NCBI GenBank assembly: GCA_013360585.1
Contig: JABWBH010000027.1
Location: 24,657 to 88,656, forward strand
Direction: 5' to 3'
DNA length: 64,000 nt
Source: Phycisphaerae bacterium
GTDB lineage: Bacteria; Planctomycetota; Phycisphaerae; UBA1845
Shown piece by piece: positions 47,901 through 56,537 of the stretch. The first letter of the stretch is position 1; the number at the start of each line of letters is the position of its first letter. The notes under the pieces were generated by a model, which worked only from the letters and a program-made list of their open reading frames with translations, made no database searches and was not told where the DNA came from. A program made the translations under genes and the position numbers.

Positions 47901-49853
47901 CTAAGCGTCCAGCCATGAGACCTCCTTCCAGTTTTTGGCCAGGATGACCCGAACGCGCGTTGGCATCAGGAGACCAGCGCGGGCGAGTTGCTTCTCGACC
48001 TTCGCAAAGGCGCGCTCGTCGGTCGCCACGACGAGGACTCGATGAAAACCCTCGCGTAGATTCAAGCTGACATTCTTGACCGCATTCGACGATCCGGTTT
48101 CCACCTCGATTCCGCAGCGTTTCCGACCGCTTTCCGCCAGCAGGTCGACGCTTCCGATACGGCGTGGCGCTTCAATTTTCACGGTGTAGCCTCTTTTTTC
48201 CAAGACTCGCCTGTAGAAGCATTTCCAGTATTCGTGAGGCAGGGACTCCCTCGTTGGGGTGTGCAGGCCGAGGAACTCGCGGGCTTTCGCCGACAGGCGC
48301 AAGACGACCTTGCGCGTCCGCTCGACCGGGACGACGGCCTCGTCGAGCCAGTTCTCGGCGACGAGCTTCTCCTTCACCGCGTGCCCGCGTCCGATGCTCA
48401 CCGACAGCCGCCTGTATCGCTCCTTGACGCCGTCGTCCTTGTGCGTCAACACGTCCTCCAGGAAATCCAGTTCGACCCTGTCCAACGGGTCATCATCAGC
48501 CTGAACCCGCTGAACGCCCCCAAAATCGCGGGATAGAAGCCGTAATGACCCTGAACCCGTCGTCATTGAGGCGAATCGTTGAAGATCGCTATCGCTCACC
48601 GCTCCTTTCTGGATGGGTACAAGAGGGAATCGCAGAAGGAAGGGCAGGCGCCATCGATCCTGGAGCTTGATGATGCCTTGGCCGACAGGCAGTAAGGTCA
48701 GATACCGTCTCTCGTTTTCGTCGAGCAAGCAGAGGCCGGCGGCGCGGTTGATGTCGCTCGGATCTTTCAAGTTGAGGCAGAAGGTCGTGAACGTGTTGCC
48801 CAGCGCGGCGCTGGATATCAGGTGCGGGTGCTGGTCGACGATGATGAAGGCGATGCCGAGTTCGCGGCATTGACGAAGGAGCATGTTCATCAGCGACTCC
48901 TTGGCGCGGTTTTCCTGTCGGTAAAGAACGTGGTGCGCTTCCTCGACCACGATGACGAGCGAAAGCTTCTCACGCGGCGACGATGCCAGCTTCACTTGGT
49001 AGAGCCAGTAGCAGAGCAGGGGCACGAGGAACTTGCGGCCGCCCTGCGAGAGGGCGTCGAGTTCGAGGATCGTCGTTCTTCCGAGGAGCTGCTGCGTGAA
49101 TCGTTGCTGCGGTTCGGAGGTTGACCCCGCTGCGCGAGGCAGGCTCTCCAGCGCCCGTATCGCCGAGGTCTTCCAGGCGCGGACGCGCTCCTTGTCCGGA
49201 ATCTGTTCCAGCTCGCGCGTCGCATCGTCAAGGGACGCTTGTCCCTGTCCCTTGGTGTAAGCGGCGTTGAACGTCTTGTGCAGGAGGCTCTTCGCGCCGT
49301 CGCCGAGCGTGAAGGAATCGGCGATGACGTCGACGAGGTGATTCACGTAGACGCTGGACTCGACGCCTGGTGGTACAAGAAGCGGATCGAACGCAAACGG
49401 AGCCAGCGGGCGCCCGGGCGTGAACACGCCCACGTCGCCTTTCAGCAGCGGAAGCAGATGGCGACCCGTGCGTTTCCAGTCGAGGAAGAGCACGGGAACG
49501 TGGCGGCCGTGAAGCTGTTGAAGCAGATGAAAGACCGCGTTCGTTTTGCCGGCGCCCGAGCGGCCGAACACGGCCAAGTTCTGCAGGAGCTCGCTTTCCG
49601 ATAGAGAAAACGACCACTTCTCTCGTTCGTAGAGCACCGTGCCCAGGCGCAGTGTTCCTCGTGATTTCGAGCGCGGCGGCAGGCTGAGCAGGATTCTACT
49701 CCGGAAGTCGCCGAACACCCTGTAGGCCATGGACGTAATCTGCTGCTCGACGAGTTCACGCATTCCGGCGTCGAGGTCGCGGGTTCGCATCCATTGCTTG
49801 ACTTCGTTGGGCATCAACGGCTGAAGCTTGCGGGCGAGGATTTCGACATTCAT
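47901..49853 (-). CDS. HerA/DUF87-type ATPase fused to a C-terminal wHTH plus PD-(D/E)xK-like nuclease-fold domain
   Basis: Walker A VFGRSGAGKTN, Walker B LVIVVEEAHH and IIVDQHP. The C-terminus has GYTVKIEAPRRIGSVDLLAESGRKRCGIEVETG. This resembles the D...E.E/K core of DUF4143/DUF234-type nuclease folds found behind ATPases. Confidence 0.7.
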   Translation of the reverse strand: MNVEILARKLQPLMPNEVKQWMRTRDLDAGMRELVEQQITSMAYRVFGDFRSRILLSLPPRSKSRGTLRLGTVLYEREKWSFSLSESELLQNLAVFGRSGAGKTNAVFHLLQQLHGRHVPVLFLDWKRTGRHLLPLLKGDVGVFTPGRPLAPFAFDPLLVPPGVESSVYVNHLVDVIADSFTLGDGAKSLLHKTFNAAYTKGQGQASLDDATRELEQIPDKERVRAWKTSAIRALESLPRAAGSTSEPQQRFTQQLLGRTTILELDALSQGGRKFLVPLLCYWLYQVKLASSPREKLSLVIVVEEAHHVLYRQENRAKESLMNMLLRQCRELGIAFIIVDQHPHLISSAALGNTFTTFCLNLKDPSDINRAAGLCLLDENERRYLTLLPVGQGIIKLQDRWRLPFLLRFPLVPIQKGAVSDSDLQRFASMTTGSGSLRLLSRDFGGVQRVQADDDPLDRVELDFLEDVLTHKDDGVKERYRRLSVSIGRGHAVKEKLVAENWLDEAVVPVERTRKVVLRLSAKAREFLGLHTPTRESLPHEYWKCFYRRVLEKRGYTVKIEAPRRIGSVDLLAESGRKRCGIEVETGSSNAVKNVSLNLREGFHRVLVVATDERAFAKVEKQLARAGLLMPTRVRVILAKNWKEVSWLDA

Positions 49854-49934
49854 GGATCTCCGACGCTGCGCGTGATGAAAGGGCTTCGCCTGTCCATCAT
49901 TTGTGTGAAGAAGCAGTGAAAAGCATCAATACCC

Positions 49935-50171
49935 GTGCTCCCTGCATGTCGCATGAATCGGGCAATCGTTGCGGCGTTATCACGTCGCATGAGAGCCATG
50001 CAAGCGAAAATGGCCACGAAGGAAGAGCTGGAAGCGCTCATCGACACCGTCGAGATTCTCAGCAATCCACAGACGATGGAGCAGAGTCGCGGGAGCAAGG
50101 AAGCCATCATGGCCGGCAGGATCAAGCAGGTTCATTCGGTGAAGGACTTGCTGGCCGAGCTTGACGCATGA
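49935..50171 (+). CDS. putative antitoxin (Phd/YefM-like C-terminal region)
   Basis: KEELEALIDTVEILSNPQTMEQSRGSKEAIMAGRIKQVHSVKDL resembles the toxin-binding C-terminal half of Phd/YefM antitoxins. 4-nt overlap with the toxin start. The N-terminal DNA-binding half is not recognisable, so the start is uncertain. Confidence 0.5.
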   Translation: MLPACRMNRAIVAALSRRMRAMQAKMATKEELEALIDTVEILSNPQTMEQSRGSKEAIMAGRIKQVHSVKDLLAELDA

Positions 50172-50520
50172 CGCCGTGGCGTATCCTGCGCACCGAACGA
50201 TTCTTAAAGGCGCTGCGCAAGCACCGGCACAACGGGGAGTTGCTCAAGGCGTTGGACAAGAAGGTCAAACGCCTTGAAGAAGATCCAAAGAGCGTCGGAG
50301 GCATGCGCTCGGGGGAGTGTCACGGAAGTCAATCCACGCGGCTCGTCAGCACATTCCGGCTCGTCTTCAGCGTTTACGCAAAGCCCCACAGGGTTTGCCT
50401 GGAAGCCTCGATCATCGCAAAGGCGTTTACGACAGAGCCGCGACGACTCCCGATGTGGACGGTCACGTCCCGCCCGCAGCCTTGAAGGACGTGTCGCCGC
50501 GCAGCAGCGCTCGACGATGA
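50168..50520 (+). pseudogene. RelE/ParE-family toxin gene with a frameshift near 50405-50410
   Basis: Frame 1 gives MTPWRILRTERFLKAL...FRLVFSVYAKPHRVCLEA. The conserved family C-terminus LDHRKGVYDR is read in the +1 frame (track ORF 50317..50520). The ...gaagcctcgatcatcgc... stretch looks one C short. Confidence 0.55.
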
Positions 50521-50924
50521 AGAAGTGTCAAGAGCTTGTCCTGGAGCGGACGCATGCTATCCTCGCGTTTCAAGGCGAGCTTACGGCGCTCGTCTTCGAT
50601 GTGGAGGAGGCGACGACGTAGCATCTGCCGGTCGTGCCAGTAGCGGTCGTAGTAGAACGGCGGTCGCGGCGAACTCTGAATGATCTCGGTGTCCACGTAG
50701 CACTCCAGCAGGAGAAGCCGACGATCAAGGCTGGCGTGGAGCTTTCGGATGCCGGTAAGCTGGTCGAGCGTGAGGGCGAGCTCGTTGTCCACAACACCGT
50801 CGAGCGTGCCCGCGGGCGCGTCCTTTGGGCGATCCGAGAGCATGGCCTTGGCTCGTTCCTCCAACTTTTCGCCGAAGGTCTTCCTCGGTTTCTGCTCGAT
50901 GACGACGATTCGCTTACGGTGCAT
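50463..50924 (-). CDS. hypothetical protein
   Basis: 153-aa ORF, charged and helical. No family recognised. Confidence 0.4.
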   Translation of the reverse strand: MHRKRIVVIEQKPRKTFGEKLEERAKAMLSDRPKDAPAGTLDGVVDNELALTLDQLTGIRKLHASLDRRLLLLECYVDTEIIQSSPRPPFYYDRYWHDRQMLRRRLLHIEDERRKLALKREDSMRPLQDKLLTLLHRRALLRGDTSFKAAGGT

Positions 50925-50982
50925 GGCGCGGTGCTGAAGCCCGGGTTAATAAGCGTTCGCCCGACTCGCCAAGAGCCTACGA

Positions 50983-51348
50983 TTAGCTCGTTCTCAAATC
51001 ACCGTAGAAACGAAGTCGGTAGCGGTTGCGTTCATAGCCGGGCCAGAGACCTAAGAGCATTGCAGAACAAACAACGATGAACTCCAACTTCCAGTTCTCG
51101 CTCTGATCCAGCGGATGCGGTTGTCTTGAGGAATGGCTTAGGTAGCGAAGGAGGTCGCCTGCATCCGATTCCAGCTGGCACGCTAGGTCAATGTCGCCGA
51201 ACTCGTAGACTCGCCATAGAGATTCCGTGCGTGCCACGGTATACTTGGCTAGCCTGAGGATCGACGGCTCCACGTCCCTCGATAGTCTTGGCATCAAACA
51301 CCCAACATCCATGTCAACCCCGCTCGGTGCCTCAGAATACTTTACCAT
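50983..51348 (-). CDS. hypothetical protein (AT-richer patch)
   Basis: 121-aa ORF. Composition differs from the surrounding DNA. Confidence 0.35.
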   Translation of the reverse strand: MVKYSEAPSGVDMDVGCLMPRLSRDVEPSILRLAKYTVARTESLWRVYEFGDIDLACQLESDAGDLLRYLSHSSRQPHPLDQSENWKLEFIVVCSAMLLGLWPGYERNRYRLRFYGDLRTS

Positions 51349-51469
51349 CCTCCAACAGCGATCCTTGAATACTTAAAGTTTTGCATTACTTGCAAAGTCG
51401 TGCCGGAAATGCATGATTATGAACCCTTGGGACTTCAGACGCCCGCGCCGAGCCATGTAATCGGACGCC

Positions 51470-52579
51470 ATGATGAAAAAAACGAGCGGCTGGGAGCCAA
51501 AAATGCGTCGAGCACTTGACAGGGGGAAGAGTCATGTCAGCGGCATCCGAACCGCGTACCTGAAGGCATACTGCGAGGGTAAAACACTGCCAGTATTGCT
51601 CCCGGTGGCTATATTCGTACTCGCATTAGTTTTGGGCGCCTCATGGCAGGACGACCCATCTCCCGCGCGCACAGCTCACTGCTACTTTACCCTCGTCATC
51701 GCCAGTTCCCTCGAGTTGCTTCGTCAATACTCCGAATACCACCGGCGACGGTCATACAAAGATCTACTACAAGAGCTTAACGCGACGCGGGACGGCATGC
51801 GGTCGCTGCGCGAAGAAGTTCAGCGTCATTTTGCGTCGGTTCTGCAGCGTGACAAGTACCTGCAGGCTGAGGCACGGGATTTTCGGCGTGCCGCCCAAAC
51901 TATTCGCGAAGGTACGCATGCTGGAGTTTCGCCATATTCAGTGCTGAGCGACTTGAAAGACTCAAAGAAACGCCGCAATTTGCTTAGGTCTCAAGTCCAG
52001 GAACTTCAAATTAGATTGGAATTAAACAACCCAGGTATCCGGTTTCGCGTTTCCCTCTGGAATTTTGATCCTGTTCGCGGAAGACTTGTCCACGAATACA
52101 GTTGGTCTATCGACCAAGATGCGCCTTCTGTGTTTGCAGATGATCCGGCTGCCGAGGATATCCAGGTCGTTGGCACTGGCTCGCCGATGTCATTCCTTGC
52201 TACGAGCTGGCGAGGCCAATGGTATTCAATCCCAAACACGGCCGACCTAACTGTTACAACACCATACACACCACCCTCTGATCCACATGCGAGGGAAGAG
52301 ATTAAATCTATTTTTTGTCATAAGGTAGGATCCACAAGGGATCACCTGTTTGGCATAATCGCAGTTTTTGCAGATAGGGCCGGTTTTTTCGACGAGGATT
52401 CCAGCTCTAACTTCGTAGAGCTCAAGAACGTTGTCGAGGGCGCTTGTATTGCATTGGAGCACGAATATTCAAAACTGGAGCATTGTGACGCAGTTGTAGG
52501 ACTCGTCGCCTCCACGACCACTAGACGGTATGCTGTGATCGCACATTACGAGCTCAGAGGAAATGGAGAGGGAGTTTGA
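51470..52579 (+). CDS. hypothetical membrane protein: 2 TM helices + coiled coil + GAF-like C-terminal domain
   Basis: 369 aa. TM helices LPVLLPVAIFVLALVLGA and YFTLVIASSLELL. The GAF guess rests on the C-terminal pattern HLFGIIAVFADRAGFFDEDSSSNFVELKNVVEGACIALE. AT-richer than the flanks. Confidence 0.45.
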   Translation: MMKKTSGWEPKMRRALDRGKSHVSGIRTAYLKAYCEGKTLPVLLPVAIFVLALVLGASWQDDPSPARTAHCYFTLVIASSLELLRQYSEYHRRRSYKDLLQELNATRDGMRSLREEVQRHFASVLQRDKYLQAEARDFRRAAQTIREGTHAGVSPYSVLSDLKDSKKRRNLLRSQVQELQIRLELNNPGIRFRVSLWNFDPVRGRLVHEYSWSIDQDAPSVFADDPAAEDIQVVGTGSPMSFLATSWRGQWYSIPNTADLTVTTPYTPPSDPHAREEIKSIFCHKVGSTRDHLFGIIAVFADRAGFFDEDSSSNFVELKNVVEGACIALEHEYSKLEHCDAVVGLVASTTTRRYAVIAHYELRGNGEGV

Positions 52580-52797
52580 CTTGACGTTCGAGCGCCCGAT
52601 CGGTCATCGGGCATGAATGGCGCTGGATCACTATTCTCGGTTTCGCTGGGTGCCGCGACAGCAGCGTACGTGCGGGCTACAGCCCGTGGCTCAGACGGCG
52701 CTCCAAGTACGGGAATGACGACTTAGCGTCACATTGATAATCAGACGGTTTGTTGCTCGTTGTTTTGACATAGCTGTTCTGTAAAGAGTACGGGAAC

Positions 52798-53025
52798 ATG
52801 GACGAAAGGACGACGCTGATAAGACAGGCGGACGCTATCCGCGCCAATCTGCGAGGATCGCAGCTTGAGGCGGAGCATTACGTCAAGGTTCGCTTCAGTG
52901 GATATGGGTGGGATGATTTAGTCAATAGGAGTTTGGACTGGTTATACAAGAGTCCATGCCCTGGGCCGAACCGATTTGAGAAAGCGCTGCCGACAAAATG
53001 GCTTTTCGGTGGATTTCTGTTATGA
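52798..53025 (+). CDS. small hypothetical protein
   Basis: 75-aa ORF in the AT-richer patch. No other support. Confidence 0.25.
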   Translation: MDERTTLIRQADAIRANLRGSQLEAEHYVKVRFSGYGWDDLVNRSLDWLYKSPCPGPNRFEKALPTKWLFGGFLL

Positions 53026-53056
53026 GCCACGTTGTGTATACTAGTTAAGTCGACCA

Positions 53057-53665
53057 TCAGCGAGATTCTCGTATGCTACACGCGTACCCTGCGTGGAGCA
53101 TTAACTCTCGGATCGTCTGGCGCGCGCTTGCAACGCAATAGCTTGGATACCTCTCTCCGGGCTCCTGAACAGGCTCAACCAATCCAACCTTTCGCAGCCA
53201 GCGCATGACGTCTCTTGCGTTGTTCCCTGACATCCGCAGCGTCGGATCGAGCGCCCGGGCGCGTCGCTTGGCGGCGGCGGGCTGCATCGGATAAGCTAAC
53301 GCCTTTATGATCGCCGAGCGGTGCCGGTGACAGACCTGCCCGTACAAGTCCCAATCCACGTCGGGAACGAACGGCGCGGGCACCTCTTTTTCTTGATCGC
53401 GAAAGTATCGTCGCCGGCATACCAACCCGAGGCGACTGAGCCAGTAGACGCGATTGCGCTGGGCGGCGTCGTTCAAGCAGGTCGCCAGCTTTTTCAACGT
53501 GAACTCCCAGAAGACGTAGGAGCACGCGTCGAGAGACAGCCCGGTTCGCTTCGACATCTGATTCGCCGTTAACGGCTGCGAAAAGTTCAAGAGAACAAGT
53601 TTCCGCCTCGGACTCTTCAGGATCCAGGGATAGACTTTGGAGAGATTCATGGCGCGAGGAGGCAT
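53057..53665 (-). CDS. putative winged-helix DNA-binding protein
   Basis: 202 aa. Two wHTH-like segments (LLNFSQPLTANQMSKRTGLSLDACSYVFWEF...; ...NNARDVMRWLRKVGLVEPV). Confidence 0.45.
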   Translation of the reverse strand: MPPRAMNLSKVYPWILKSPRRKLVLLNFSQPLTANQMSKRTGLSLDACSYVFWEFTLKKLATCLNDAAQRNRVYWLSRLGLVCRRRYFRDQEKEVPAPFVPDVDWDLYGQVCHRHRSAIIKALAYPMQPAAAKRRARALDPTLRMSGNNARDVMRWLRKVGLVEPVQEPGERYPSYCVASARQTIRELMLHAGYACSIRESR

Positions 53666-53740
53666 CGCTATTACTTACGGCTTCAACCGCGTAGGCTTTG
53701 CGAAGTTGGCGGTTTCAACCCCTGGCAGGTGGCACCGAAT

Positions 53741-54058
53741 TCAGAACCAGCTCGCAAAGAGCGGACTTTCACCTGAATCGAGTTGCCGCCTCACGATAGC
53801 GAGCGCTGTTCGGTATTCAGCCATGTAGCCGCGATGATGCGCTCGAAGCCTTATCGCTCGCTCGACGGCGGGACGTGGGTTGCAGCGATAGCAGGACGCA
53901 ATCCACTCGCACCCGTTCTCCCTGCCTTCCTTCGCATCTTTCAGAATCCTCGCGGCCGTCGTGGGCGTGGCGTAGCCGAGCGATTCGGCGATGATGTGCG
54001 CGCAGATGCGCGGATACCGCTTCAGGTAATCGTCGGGCGAATCGAGACGATCGGTCAT
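53741..54058 (-). CDS. small hypothetical protein (third of three coupled genes)
   Basis: Internal ATG 54058 (MTDRLDSPDDYLKRYP...) overlaps the upstream stop by 4 nt. Confidence 0.45.
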   Translation of the reverse strand: MTDRLDSPDDYLKRYPRICAHIIAESLGYATPTTAARILKDAKEGRENGCEWIASCYRCNPRPAVERAIRLRAHHRGYMAEYRTALAIVRRQLDSGESPLFASWF

Positions 54059-54372
54059 GGCGCCGCCCTCGCCTCCGCGGGAGGAGATAGCGCGTCGTAA
54101 ACCCGCACGCGATGGAATCCGTCGTTGTCGATCCAAACTTCGACGGGCACATCGAGGTTGGAGACGGTGTTGGTCTCGATCACGCGCTCCAGCACTTCGT
54201 CGAGCGCAACGTGCTCGGGCCTACGCCCTGGAAACACATCCCGGATCAACTCGCTCCAGCGATCTTCAGGCAGGCTGGCCAACGCATCGACGATGCAGGT
54301 CGGCCTGTCACTCCGTTGCGGATTCTCAGGATCTCCGTAGAAGTCGGGCGAGAAGGAATGCGCGTACGTCAT
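54055..54372 (-). CDS. small hypothetical protein (second of three coupled genes)
   Basis: Internal ATG 54372 (MTYAHSFSPDFYGDPENP...) overlaps the upstream stop by 4 nt. Confidence 0.45.
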   Translation of the reverse strand: MTYAHSFSPDFYGDPENPQRSDRPTCIVDALASLPEDRWSELIRDVFPGRRPEHVALDEVLERVIETNTVSNLDVPVEVWIDNDGFHRVRVYDALSPPAEARAAP

Positions 54373-54716
54373 GGAAGCCAGCCTCGCTGCCGTGCCTCCT
54401 CGAAAAGCTCCTGACGAATCAGCGTGTCGATCGTCGAGACGTGAACGTCGCCGTACTCCCCTTCCGTGCAGGCGACCGAGAAGCAGTGGCAGAAACGATA
54501 ATGCCGCAATTCGGGTTCGCGCGGCGCTTCTTCCTGCTGAACATGGCCGTAGATCGGAAAGCCGTAGCCGCTGTCCCTTTTGAAATAGTCGCCGGGCTTG
54601 ATCGCAGCCTGCCACGGCTGCACGCGGGCATCCGCGGCCGTCCGCGCTTCCTCCATGCGTTGGAGCATCTCCTCCAGAGAGTCAAATCCTTCGATTTTCA
54701 CGTCGAGGAAAGGCAT
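54369..54716 (-). CDS. small hypothetical protein (first of three coupled genes)
   Basis: 115-aa ORF MPFLDVKIEGFDSLEEMLQRMEE..., divergent from the methyltransferase operon. Confidence 0.45.
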   Translation of the reverse strand: MPFLDVKIEGFDSLEEMLQRMEEARTAADARVQPWQAAIKPGDYFKRDSGYGFPIYGHVQQEEAPREPELRHYRFCHCFSVACTEGEYGDVHVSTIDTLIRQELFEEARQRGWLP

Positions 54717-54855
54717 TCAAGCTATAAAAGGCTTCCGCTGACTTGCGGATAACCGGCTCACGAACTTTCTTGCTCCACGACGCTGTTTCTCGCAGGGGCG
54801 CAACAGAGCAAGCCCTTTAAGCCTGGGCGCACGCGGCGCCAGAGGAGGTGCGACC

Positions 54856-55098
54856 ATGACTTATCACCAAGAGGAAGACGAGGACGACGAGGAATCACAG
54901 AAGCGCAGCGCTGAGCGGTGCGCACGATGCCGCCGTTCGATTGAGCCGGGCGCGGACGTGATCGGCTTGCAGGACGGCGTTTTAGGACCGCGAGGGTTCA
55001 TTCCCCTCGAAGAGCACCGTTTTTTCTGCAACGAAGACTGCCTGCGGGCTGACTTTGACCACGGCGACGTGGAGAAGCTGCCGCGGCGGATCCCTTGA
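54856..55098 (+). CDS. small acidic protein with a Cys4 zinc-ribbon-like motif
   Basis: 80 aa with CARCRRS...FFCNEDC. SD gaggagg upstream. The stop overlaps the methyltransferase start. Confidence 0.45.
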   Translation: MTYHQEEDEDDEESQKRSAERCARCRRSIEPGADVIGLQDGVLGPRGFIPLEEHRFFCNEDCLRADFDHGDVEKLPRRIP

Positions 55099-56537
55099 CC
55101 GCCCAGGAAGACTCCGGCTCCGGCGCCAGCGAGGTGCCGGGGTTGGACAGCATCGAGTGTCGTGACGCGCTGTCAGGGCTTCGTGCCCTGCCGGAGGCGT
55201 GCGTGGACTGCGTTCTCACCTCGCCGCCGTATTGGAGCATGCGCGATTATCATCTGGACCCTGTCATCTGGCCGGACGGCAAGGTCAACGTTCTGGGTTT
55301 GGAGGATTCGCCCGAGGACTACGTCGAGCACCTGTGCAGCGTTCTCGATGAAATCTCCCGTGTCCTGAAACCCACCGGCACGGTGTGGATCAACCTCGGA
55401 GACACCTATGCCGGAAGCTGGGGCAATTACGCGCCCCGCAGGCCCAAAGACCAGCCGTTTGCCGAGACGCCGTCGCACTGGCCGCGGAAAGGCCTGATTC
55501 CGCCGTCGGTGCGTCCACCGGCGTCCAAACCGCAACGAGTTCCTGATAAATCCCTGTGCCTGATCCCCATGCGCTTCGCCCTGGCGATGCTGGAACGCGG
55601 CTGGATTCTGCGCAACGACCTCTGCTGGCACAAGCCGAATCACATGCCGGCCAGCGTTAAAGACCGGTTCACCCCCTCCTGGGAGCATCTGTTCCTGTTC
55701 GTCAAAAGCCCAAGGTACTATTTCGACCTGGACGCGGTCAGGCAGCCGCACAAGTGTCTGGCGGAAGTGGCCGGACGTTGGAAAGACAAGATCACGCCGC
55801 GCGTCAATTATCATCCCAAGGGCGTGCGACGTCCGCCGCATCCCGGCGAACCCGGCTCCATGCACCCTCGTGGCAAGAACCCTGGCGATTTCTGGGAGAT
55901 TCCCGCGGAGACCCGCACGCTCGGCGCGATTCTCGGCGTGCGCGGCGCGGTCAAGGTGCCCGGGGGCAGCGGCTGGACCGGCCATGCAGAAGGCGGCGAG
56001 GCCCGGATTCTGCACGAGCAGGATCCGCGCTGGCTCTCTCCCTTGGGGAAGAACCCCGGAGATTGCTGGAGCATCTGCACGACGCCCTCTTCGCTGGGGC
56101 ATTTTGCTGTCTACCCCGAAGCGCTTTGTGAGCGGCCGATCAAGGCCGGATGTCCGGCACAGGTGTGCCTCAAGTGCGGCATGCCCTGGCTGATTCGCAG
56201 CCGGGGGGGCGGTTCGGCCTTCAACATCCGTGTCCGCGACGTCAAGACCGGGAAGCTGAAAGCTCCTGACCGGCGAGCCTCGGCGCAAGAGGTCGCCGCA
56301 TATGATGAGCGCGCCTACCGCCTTGAAGCCAAGGAAACACGAGTGCTCGGTTGTTCGTGCAACGCCGGCTTCGGCGCAGGTATCGTGTTGGATCCGTTCA
56401 TCGGTTCAGGCACGACCGCGGTGGTGGCCTTGCGTTTGGGCCGGCACTTCATCGGCTTCGAGGCCAATCCCGATTACGTGCAGATGGCCCGTCAGCGGCT
56501 GGCGAAGGCCGCAGCGCGTGAGGGCGGTGCGACGTGA
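55095..56537 (+). CDS. DNA methyltransferase, N4/N6 (beta class), SPPY motif (likely N4-cytosine type)
   Basis: VDCVLTSPPYW (motif IV) near the N-terminus and LDPFIGSGTTAVVA (motif I) near the C-terminus, with a large insertion between them. TTG start in the track; the start is uncertain. Confidence 0.8.
   Translation: MTAQEDSGSGASEVPGLDSIECRDALSGLRALPEACVDCVLTSPPYWSMRDYHLDPVIWPDGKVNVLGLEDSPEDYVEHLCSVLDEISRVLKPTGTVWINLGDTYAGSWGNYAPRRPKDQPFAETPSHWPRKGLIPPSVRPPASKPQRVPDKSLCLIPMRFALAMLERGWILRNDLCWHKPNHMPASVKDRFTPSWEHLFLFVKSPRYYFDLDAVRQPHKCLAEVAGRWKDKITPRVNYHPKGVRRPPHPGEPGSMHPRGKNPGDFWEIPAETRTLGAILGVRGAVKVPGGSGWTGHAEGGEARILHEQDPRWLSPLGKNPGDCWSICTTPSSLGHFAVYPEALCERPIKAGCPAQVCLKCGMPWLIRSRGGGSAFNIRVRDVKTGKLKAPDRRASAQEVAAYDERAYRLEAKETRVLGCSCNAGFGAGIVLDPFIGSGTTAVVALRLGRHFIGFEANPDYVQMARQRLAKAAAREGGAT

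Noticed and set aside
49850-50125. 91-aa minus-strand ORF overlapping the HerA-like start by 4 nt, which could have been a third gene of the module
   Set aside because: It is antisense to the antitoxin ORF, whose Phd/YefM-like sequence is recognisable. Its composition is Ser/Met/Cys-rich with no features.
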